Assembly: GCA_027460535.1 (NCBI GenBank)
Contig: JAPZAR010000031.1
Location: forward strand, 1 to 32,000
Direction: 5' to 3'
Length of the DNA: 32,000 nucleotides
Source: Candidatus Methanoperedens sp.
Lineage (GTDB): Archaea; Halobacteriota; Methanosarcinia; Methanosarcinales; Methanoperedenaceae
Part shown: positions 25,533-32,000 of the stretch, piece after piece
Layout: each line of letters begins with the position of its first letter
Position numbering within the stretch: the stretch's first letter is position 1
Notes under the pieces: generated by a model
Databases searched by the model: none
The model's input: the letters and a program-made list of their open reading frames with translations, nothing else
Told to the model about the DNA's origin: nothing
Translations under genes and position numbers: made by a program

Positions 25533-26730
25533 GCTCTTTCCCGTATCCTATTTCTTCCTTTGTCAAATAGCATGCCGGGTCATCCGCCCAGACGTTGCCA
25601 TATATTGCCTCTGCACGCACGCGGAAGTTCCCGTTACATATTTCGAACCATTTGCATCGGGCGCACCTGTCCGCATTTGCTTTTATCAGGGGCTTCCTGT
25701 TCTTGAGACCAGCCATCAGTGGATTGCTTTTATCTGTCCATATCTCGCTGAATTTCCGCTCCTTTACGTTACCGAAGGAATAATGTCTCCAGAACTGGTC
25801 TGCATGTACCGATCCGTCCCATGAAACACAGGCTATGCCGATGCCTGAGGAATTGCCCTGGTTCATCTGGAGAAGTTCATACACCTCTGCCGCACGTTTG
25901 GGATATTCTTTCAGCAAACGGAAGTAAACATAAGGACCGTCTGCGTGGTTATCTACAGTCAACACCTCAATAGGGAAGCCATTATCATGCAAAGCCTTTG
26001 TCCTGTCCATAATGAGATCGAGCGTCTTTCGGCTTTCTTCATGTGATAGTTCTTCTTTTACCAGTTTTGAGCCGCGCCCTGCATATACAAGATGGTAAAA
26101 ACATACTCGGGGGATTTTTTCCTTTTCAAGCAGGTCGAATATGGCCGGGATATCCTTCACGTTCTTCTTATTGATAGTGAAGCGCAGGCCCACCTTAATG
26201 CCTTCTTCAAGGCAGTTGCGCATACCCTGCAATGCCAGATCGAATGAGCCTTTTACGCCCCTGAATTTATCGTTGGTCTCTCTCGTCCCGTCCAGCGAAA
26301 CACCCACGTACGAAAGCCCAATCTCTTTCAAGACCTTCGCCTTCTTTTTGTCGATCAGTGTACCATTCGTGGAGATGACCGCACGCATCCCTTTTGACCT
26401 TGCGTACAGCGCAAGCTCAGGTAGATCAGGACGCATGAGCGGCTCACCGCCGGAGAAAAGGATTACTGGCGCGCCGAACTGTGCAAGGTCGTCGATGAGC
26501 TCCTTTCCTTGCTGCGTCGTTAGCTCGTTCTTATACTCAATGTCCTTTGACTGGGCATAACAGTGCACACATTTCAGGTTGCAGCGCCTGCCCATGTTCC
26601 AGACCACTACCGGTTTTTTATCCTTTGAGAACTGCAATAAATGCGAGGGAAGTTTCCCGGAATCGCGCCCGTACCTGAGAGCGTCTGAGGGTTCAACGGT
26701 TCCGCAGTAAAGCTTTGAAATTCCTATCAT
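25510..26730 (-). CDS. Radical SAM/SPASM enzyme, NirJ-like; candidate alternative heme biosynthesis AhbC/AhbD
   Basis: CNLKCVHCY (Cx3Cx2C) and a C-terminal Cys-rich SPASM region (CARCKWFEICNG...ACY). The N-terminal LYCGTVEPSDALRYG motif is, as I recall, typical of the NirJ/Ahb group. Confidence 0.6.
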   Translation of the reverse strand: MIGISKLYCGTVEPSDALRYGRDSGKLPSHLLQFSKDKKPVVVWNMGRRCNLKCVHCYAQSKDIEYKNELTTQQGKELIDDLAQFGAPVILFSGGEPLMRPDLPELALYARSKGMRAVISTNGTLIDKKKAKVLKEIGLSYVGVSLDGTRETNDKFRGVKGSFDLALQGMRNCLEEGIKVGLRFTINKKNVKDIPAIFDLLEKEKIPRVCFYHLVYAGRGSKLVKEELSHEESRKTLDLIMDRTKALHDNGFPIEVLTVDNHADGPYVYFRLLKEYPKRAAEVYELLQMNQGNSSGIGIACVSWDGSVHADQFWRHYSFGNVKERKFSEIWTDKSNPLMAGLKNRKPLIKANADRCARCKWFEICNGNFRVRAEAIYGNVWADDPACYLTKEEIGYGKEPIPSQEA

Positions 26731-26788
26731 CCTTTTTCTCCTTTGTTCGATATATTACGAATTAATTTTATTTAAAGATTTCCTCGTT

Positions 26789-27058
26789 TCATTCAAAATT
26801 TATAGTTAATCCTTTTCTTTCATCGAATCCTATTTCTATGGTCTTTATTTTATTGACCAGTTCTTTCTCAACATGCACCGTAATTCCGCTTTGCTTGAAC
26901 GTGACGTCCCCGGCGAGCGCTTGTTTTACGGGAGTTAATTCAAACTGCTTGCAGCATCCACCCCCGCTTATAAATAACCGCATCGCTGGAAGGTTCTCTT
27001 TTTCAAGTGCATTTTTCATGAACTCGATAGCTTTGCCGTCTATAAAAAGTTTGCTCAT
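26789..27058 (-). CDS. HesB/IscA-fold-like small protein with a GGGCC motif
   Basis: 89 aa. The sequence A..F....L.......LR.FISGGGCC..FEL resembles the IscA/HesB N-terminal half, but it lacks the C-terminal CxC. Confidence 0.45.
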   Translation of the reverse strand: MSKLFIDGKAIEFMKNALEKENLPAMRLFISGGGCCKQFELTPVKQALAGDVTFKQSGITVHVEKELVNKIKTIEIGFDERKGLTINFE

Positions 27059-27113
27059 TATTTGGATAAGAAAGAAAGTTGAATGGATAAATACGCTTGC
27101 ATCAAAGGCAAGA

Positions 27114-27563
27114 TCATACTGCTTCTATCTCAGCTTCGATGACTACTTCGGTCCTCATCGAGTTGGCTACAAGGCATCGCTTTTCAGCATGGTTGAGTAT
27201 CATCCTGATTTTTTCCTCGCTTTCTTTTGCTTTTATCTTTGGTCTTATTATTATCTTCGTGAATATTTTCAATTTATCTACTGTCTCCAGAATCCCTTCA
27301 GCTTCAGATTGGTAGGATACCAGTTCCACTCCCATGTTCTTTATTGTGCCAAGCAGCGTGGTCATGAAACAAACATTAGCCGATGAAACAAAAAGGTCTT
27401 CAGGACTGATTGTGCCCTCATGTCCCCCGAATTCGGGCGGTGTTGCGACCTCTATCTCCTTGTCACTTTCAATGAACCTGAGGTCTGCTTTTTTCTCGCC
27501 TTTCCATTTTAGAATATTGTGATATAACCATTTTTCCTCTTCCATGGCATCTCCGTCTCCCAA
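27114..27563 (-). CDS. OsmC/Ohr-family peroxiredoxin-like protein
   Basis: ...PPEFGGHEGTISPEDLFVSSANVCFMTTL...AEKRCLVANSM... shows the OsmC pattern with two conserved Cys. Confidence 0.75.
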   Translation of the reverse strand: MGDGDAMEEEKWLYHNILKWKGEKKADLRFIESDKEIEVATPPEFGGHEGTISPEDLFVSSANVCFMTTLLGTIKNMGVELVSYQSEAEGILETVDKLKIFTKIIIRPKIKAKESEEKIRMILNHAEKRCLVANSMRTEVVIEAEIEAV

Positions 27564-27661
27564 TTGTTTCTGGATAAAGCTAATTAAGAATGTTTATAGT
27601 TTTCTATTTGTATGCTGTCAACTCCCAAAATAATAATAACCCGTAGTAGTAATAAGAGCGC

Positions 27662-28165
27662 ATGATCCCCCTGCACATCTATCATGCCAGGCAGTGCGAC
27701 CCCAGGAAATGCTCCGGGAAAAAACTTGCAAGGTTCGCACTTGCAAAACTGCATGAGAATCCCAGAGCCCTCCCGCGGGAAGCCATACTTCTCGACCCCT
27801 TTGCAGAGCAGGCGCTATCACCCGCGGATGATTATGGGAATGGGATCGTTGTGCTCGATTGTTCCTGGGTAGAGGTGGAACGCGTTTTCCCTGTGCTGCA
27901 GAAACTCAGGCTGCGCCACCGCGCCCTGCCTTTCCTCCTCGCTGCCAACGCTGTGAATTTCGGCAAACCTTTCAAGCTCAGCACGGTCGAGGCTTTTGCG
28001 GCAGCGCTTTACATACTCGGGGAAAAAGAGCAGGCCGCACTCATCCTGAACAAGTTCAAATGGGGTCCGGTATTCCTGGAGGTGAACCGCGAGCCTCTTG
28101 AGAGGTATTCAGAAGCAAAGGACAGCTCAGAAGTTGTGAGGATACAGGGAGATTATATGGTGTAA
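27662..28165 (+). CDS. tsr3: 16S rRNA aminocarboxypropyltransferase Tsr3 (DUF367 family)
   Basis: [49 protein letters not shown] and [11 protein letters not shown] are signatures of Tsr3. Confidence 0.85.
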   Translation: MIPLHIYHARQCDPRKCSGKKLARFALAKLHENPRALPREAILLDPFAEQALSPADDYGNGIVVLDCSWVEVERVFPVLQKLRLRHRALPFLLAANAVNFGKPFKLSTVEAFAAALYILGEKEQAALILNKFKWGPVFLEVNREPLERYSEAKDSSEVVRIQGDYMV

Positions 28166-28498
28166 TAGGTAAAAAATAACTTCTTCAATAATACATTTCG
28201 GATGCGTTGGCGAAATCCTTATTTAAAAAGATATAACAGTAACTGAAAATGAAAAGAATCTACGAGCGGATAATCGGGTTCATATTGTGCCTTCCATTCA
28301 AATATTTCCTGTATGTTTGTCGGCCACTCAACCTGCCCTATTGATTTTACCCTGTACCCTGGGTCAAGCCTAACACCCATGACTGATAAAGCATTAGCTA
28401 TCAGTCTTTACCTACTTACTGCAGGTTCTGGAAAAGATTAGTAAGAACTTGAAGTCCGATATGAATCTTGTGCACCTCGGACTCCATTACGATTGAAT

Positions 28499-28657
28499 CT
28501 ACGATCTTAATAACTTCTTTATGTCAAAAAGCGGTATGTGATAATCTTTAGAAACATCAGCTTGTGCTTTCATCAGAGCTTCTTGTTCATTTATTCCGCT
28601 ATGCATAAACGCTTTCTTTCTCTTTGAGATGGCGGATAATACATCAAATATGTCCAT
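28499..28657 (-). CDS. 52-aa hypothetical protein (below the track cutoff); intact paralog of the 8209..8477 locus
   Basis: MDIFDVLSAISKRKKAFMHSGINEQEALMKAQADVSKDYHIPLFDIKKLLRS. An aaggagg RBS lies 9 nt upstream, with an AT-rich TATA-like box further upstream. Confidence 0.55.
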   Translation of the reverse strand: MDIFDVLSAISKRKKAFMHSGINEQEALMKAQADVSKDYHIPLFDIKKLLRS

Positions 28658-28877
28658 TTAAGCCTCGCCTCCTTATAACCGTATACTATTTCTATAAATA
28701 TAAAACTATTTGAAAATTAATAATAATTAAAATTGTTAATTATGATATAAGAGTCCAGAGGAAGGCATCTCATGGAAACCTATATTGGGAAATCGCGGCT
28801 TCTGGCATAAGCCGCAAGATATAATGGAAAACGAAATCCACTTGTAGTGTATAATTTGATTAGGATTTCCTTCACCA

Positions 28878-29381
28878 TTAAAGCTTTTCAGCAGGTATGA
28901 AATGATATCCGCTTTTTATCACTTCATAGATGATATTTACATCAATCCTTTCTATTTCTGACCACTGCTTTAATTCTTCAACCAGGTTGTTAAGCTTCAA
29001 CTGATCCTTTGCCCTGGCAGTGGCGACGATAGAATGAGTGGGGCCAAGAGAAAGTGAGACAAAAAAGAATTCATCGATTTTTGACAGCTTCTTAGCAACA
29101 TTTCTAACATCAGTCCCCGGCACAAGCATAATCCCCATGAAAAAAACACTTGTGAATCCGAATTTCCAGGGATTCAGCATTGCTTTGACCTTCAGGTAGC
29201 CCATTTCATCAAGTCGTTTTCTCCGCCGCTTGGAAGTGTCATCAGATATTCCAAGCTTTTTGGCAATTTCGATGTCCTGCATCCTGCCTTCTTCCTGAAG
29301 CAGGGCGATTATACTTTTGTCGATTTCATCAAGTTTGATCTGCTTCTTTTCCGGCATAGCAGTTTTGAGATTTTTACTCAT
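28878..29381 (-). CDS. Lrp/AsnC-family transcriptional regulator
   Basis: LDEIDKSIIALLQEEGRMQDIEIAKKLGIS is the HTH, followed by a C-terminal RAM-like domain. Confidence 0.85.
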   Translation of the reverse strand: MSKNLKTAMPEKKQIKLDEIDKSIIALLQEEGRMQDIEIAKKLGISDDTSKRRRKRLDEMGYLKVKAMLNPWKFGFTSVFFMGIMLVPGTDVRNVAKKLSKIDEFFFVSLSLGPTHSIVATARAKDQLKLNNLVEELKQWSEIERIDVNIIYEVIKSGYHFIPAEKL

Positions 29382-29562
29382 GATTTTTCAATTATATACG
29401 ATATATTCTAAATTATTGATGCAACTTTGTATAACAAACGATATATACGCTTCGTTCGCCTTTGTAACTTTTTCTGGCACTTCTTGGAGCGCTCAACCCT
29501 GTATATGGAAATTGAGATTCAGGGCATCAATAGGTGTGCTGGGGCGATAAAATTATGAGGGC

Positions 29563-31005
29563 TCATTTCGGGATATCTTCCGTTCCACGCATTGCAGAGA
29601 CAATTATTGCAGGCACGGTTATTATCGAAGATAAAATAAATGCACTGGCTATACCCCCGGTAAAGGCCTCCTGTACAGCTACAGGCATGTTTGCTCCGCC
29701 AACAACGAACATATCCATCATCTCGGTGAGAGAGATCGCTCCCATTATCAGAGGAAAGGCTATTCCCATACTCAGTACCATGCCGGCGCTGTTGAAAAAT
29801 GCCCTCATGGATGATGCTACACCGCGCCGCTGCGGGGGGACTGACGACATAATGGCGCTGGTATTCGGAGGCTGGAATAATCCTGAACCAAAGCTGTTGA
29901 TGAACATCCATACAGCCAGTATCCAGTAAGGTGTATTGTAATGCATTGTCGCAAGGCCCAGGAGACCGACGAGGGATATAACAAGCCCGACCGTGCTTAT
30001 CATTCTCGATCCATATTTATCTGAAAGCACTCCCCCTATTGGGCCTGTTATTGCAAGACCAATTGCAAGAGGTATGGTGAGTATGCTTGCCGTAAGCGGG
30101 TCATAGCCCCTCGGTCCCTGGAAGAAGAGGATTAGAAGAATCATTACCGCCCCTCTGGCTATTGAATTTAATAGGGCGCTCAGCTGCCCGTAGGAGAAGA
30201 TTCTTATTTTGAACAGGTTCAGGTCCATCAATGGATATATCGCTCGCTTTTCGACGCGCAGGAAGGCGGTAAAACTAACGATAGCGATAACAAGTGACAG
30301 AAGCATTGGAGGCGATGTCAAACCAAATATAAACCCTGCCGTGAGATATATCATGGTCGTGATGAAGGCGATCGTGAATAAGACCATTCCAGTGAGGTCG
30401 AATTTTTCTCCTTTCGGCAGCTCTGCCACATCTTTCAATTTCAAATGCGCCCAAACCGTAGTTACGATACCAATTGGAACATTAAAAAAGAAAATCAGCC
30501 GCCAGTCTATCAATGTAAGGAGCCCTCCCAATATCGGACCCACGACAAATGCTGCGGCCATGATCATGCTAAGGATCCCCATTGCTTTTCCCAGTTCGTT
30601 CCGCCTGAAAGCATCGGTGACAATGATGGTGCCGTTGGACACAAGCATCGATCCTCCCACAGCCTGCAATACCCTGAAAGCGATAAGCTGGTTTATGTCA
30701 GCTGCAAAACCGCAAAGCAATGAACCAATTGTAAAGACTGCCAATCCATAGACGTAGAGTTTCTTCCGCCCGTAAATATCTGCAAGCCTGCCCCAGGCTG
30801 GAGCAAGTATTGTGAGGAGGAGTGAATAACTTATCAGTACCCACATTATCCCGAAGAGGTCTGTCTTCAGTTTCACCATCATAGTGGGAAGAGCGATTAT
30901 CAGGGTGCTGGCATTAAGAATCCCGACAAGCATTCCGAGAGAGGTCACCGAAAGGGCGGTCCATTTATAGCTTTCCTGAATGCTGCTATTAAAGTTAGAG
31001 TTCAT
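29563..31005 (-). CDS. MFS transporter, DHA2 (EmrB/QacA-like, about 14 TM) family
   Basis: GRLADIYGRKK motif A, with 14 hydrophobic segments. The start is uncertain: I prefer M50 of the track ORF (31005), with 31032 or 31152 as alternatives. Confidence 0.8.
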   Translation of the reverse strand: MNSNFNSSIQESYKWTALSVTSLGMLVGILNASTLIIALPTMMVKLKTDLFGIMWVLISYSLLLTILAPAWGRLADIYGRKKLYVYGLAVFTIGSLLCGFAADINQLIAFRVLQAVGGSMLVSNGTIIVTDAFRRNELGKAMGILSMIMAAAFVVGPILGGLLTLIDWRLIFFFNVPIGIVTTVWAHLKLKDVAELPKGEKFDLTGMVLFTIAFITTMIYLTAGFIFGLTSPPMLLSLVIAIVSFTAFLRVEKRAIYPLMDLNLFKIRIFSYGQLSALLNSIARGAVMILLILFFQGPRGYDPLTASILTIPLAIGLAITGPIGGVLSDKYGSRMISTVGLVISLVGLLGLATMHYNTPYWILAVWMFINSFGSGLFQPPNTSAIMSSVPPQRRGVASSMRAFFNSAGMVLSMGIAFPLIMGAISLTEMMDMFVVGGANMPVAVQEAFTGGIASAFILSSIITVPAIIVSAMRGTEDIPK

Positions 31006-31337
31006 AGTAATTCTTACAAAAGATGAAGCCATCTTTAATAATTCTCGCATATTTAAGATTATGTGCGAATAAACCGTATTGGATACACATCTGCAGGATT
31101 CAGATGTTTTTCCTGCTAATCCTTTGGTTCTTTTAACCGGCCAGGCGTTCAATATTGAGGTATCAGTGGCACAGAGTATTTCCCATCGCTTTCAGCGATG
31201 TTGTACCCTGAAACAATGCGATAGGTATTTGTGTATCGTGAACCAAAATCTCAATTGAAGCACAAGAAATATGTACAATCAACGCAAATCCTAAAAAAGA
31301 GAATAAAATAACATCTCAAAATAAGGTGGTATTTTTC

Positions 31338-32000
31338 ATGAATGTCACAGATGCACTGAATTCCCGTTATAGTACACGCGCCTTTAGACCCGATCAAGTG
31401 GATAAGGAAACGATCCTCAATATCCTGGAAGCTGCGACCCGCGCGCCCTCATGGGCCAATACACAGCCGTGGGAAATATTTGTTGCCGGTGGAGAAGTGT
31501 TAAACAGGATACGCGGGGAATATCTGGCAAATTTCCAGAATGGCGTGCCCGGTAAACCGGATGTGGTGGCGCCGCAGAAATGGCCCCCAGCCATGAAAAA
31601 GCGTATGGAAGAGCTGGGAGAGACACGCTTTAATATCGCCGGAATAAAGCGTGATGATAAAGCGGCTAGACATGCCATTTTTGAAATGAACTATAAGTTT
31701 TTCGGAGCGTCGGTAGTCATTTACCTGTGCATGGATCGCAGCCTTACACCGTGGTCGATATTTGATATTGGAATGTTGGCTCAGAGTATTATGTTAGCAT
31801 CGCAGGAACATGGTCTGGGCTCGATCCCGGCTTATATGCTGGTATCCTACCCTGATCTTATTCGCACAGAACTGGAAATTCCGGAACACCTCTCTATTAT
31901 AATAGGTATAGCGCTTGGCTATAGTGATATACAACATCCGCAGAATAAGTTCAGGAGCCCCAGGCGGCCAATCCTGGAAGTTGTCAGGTTTAAGGGGTTC
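31338..32000 (+). CDS. Nitroreductase-family protein, 3' end outside window (not in the ORF track)
   Basis: ATG at 31338 with an aaggtgg RBS. MNVTDALNSRYSTRAFRPDQV..ILEAATRAPSWANTQPWEIFV is the classic nitroreductase N-terminus. The frame is open to base 32000. Confidence 0.85.
   Translation, partial: MNVTDALNSRYSTRAFRPDQVDKETILNILEAATRAPSWANTQPWEIFVAGGEVLNRIRGEYLANFQNGVPGKPDVVAPQKWPPAMKKRMEELGETRFNIAGIKRDDKAARHAIFEMNYKFFGASVVIYLCMDRSLTPWSIFDIGMLAQSIMLASQEHGLGSIPAYMLVSYPDLIRTELEIPEHLSIIIGIALGYSDIQHPQNKFRSPRRPILEVVRFKGF

Noticed and set aside
27618-28101. Alternative-frame ORFs (67, 62 and 80 aa) within or antisense to tsr3
   Set aside because: These are products of the locally GC-rich sequence. 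The Tsr3 frame has family signatures along its whole length.
28219-28380. 53-aa minus-strand ORF (MGVRLDPGYRVKSIGQVEWPTNIQEIFEWKAQYEPDYPLVDSF...) and the adjacent 8-bp-stem hairpin at 28381-28406
   Set aside because: There is no RBS, no family match I can recall and no paralog in the window. It is possibly a gene fragment.
29519-30751. ORFs antisense to or overlapping the MFS transporter (130, 131, 180 and 92 aa)
   Set aside because: The minus-strand frame shows 14 TM segments and MFS motif A. The others are shadow frames.
31394-31678. Minus-strand ORFs of 94 and 69 aa
   Set aside because: They are antisense to an untracked but clear nitroreductase CDS that runs off the window end.
1-32000. 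CRISPR arrays, known defense systems, prophage or intact IS elements; also whether the window is a Borg-like extrachromosomal element
   Set aside because: I saw no short-period direct-repeat array, and no cas, restriction, toxin-antitoxin or phage structural signatures. Genes are on both strands, with four tRNAs and housekeeping tsr3, and the tandem repeats are long domain-sized units rather than short perfect repeats, so a chromosomal origin is more likely.

Overview
The window reads as archaeal, probably Methanosarcinales. The evidence is archaeal-type tRNAs, PGF-CTERM sorting signals, an A-type ATPase proteolipid, Tsr3 and Lrp/AsnC. Giant multiheme c-type cytochromes (MHCs) alongside a PHA-synthesis operon resemble ANME-2d 'Ca. 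Methanoperedens'; this is inference and no database was searched.

Layout:
- 1-1701: 3' part of a surface protein built from near-identical 291-bp tandem repeats.
- 1933-2112: tRNA-Thr and tRNA-Arg.
- 2176-8500: mixed or decaying accessory stretch. It holds a DUF1464-like ASKHA protein, small membrane proteins, an IS630 relic, a REC-PadR response regulator, an orphan ATPase-K-like proteolipid with a 37-aa membrane peptide, an EtfB pseudogene, and three copies of a conserved AT-rich intergenic element.
- 8524-14125: tightly packed PHA operon (repeat phasin/PhaE-like, phaE, phaC, SDR, bacterial-type thiolase, second SDR).
- 14327-14596: tRNA-Asp and tRNA-Val.
- 14604-24466: the most striking locus. 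It encodes a membrane-anchored 16-heme cytochrome carrying two S-layer-like domains, a PGF-pre-PGF/PGF-CTERM protein, a 1401-aa cytochrome made of three 12-heme modules (36 motifs, two of them CxxCK), and a divergent PGF-CTERM PQQ-like beta-propeller.
- 24606-32000: Pol-beta-type nucleotidyltransferase, NirJ/Ahb-like radical SAM, HesB-like protein, OsmC, Tsr3, an untracked 52-aa ORF with a frameshifted paralog at 8209, Lrp/AsnC, a DHA2 MFS transporter and a 3'-truncated nitroreductase.

I saw no CRISPR array, intact transposase or recognisable defense system.
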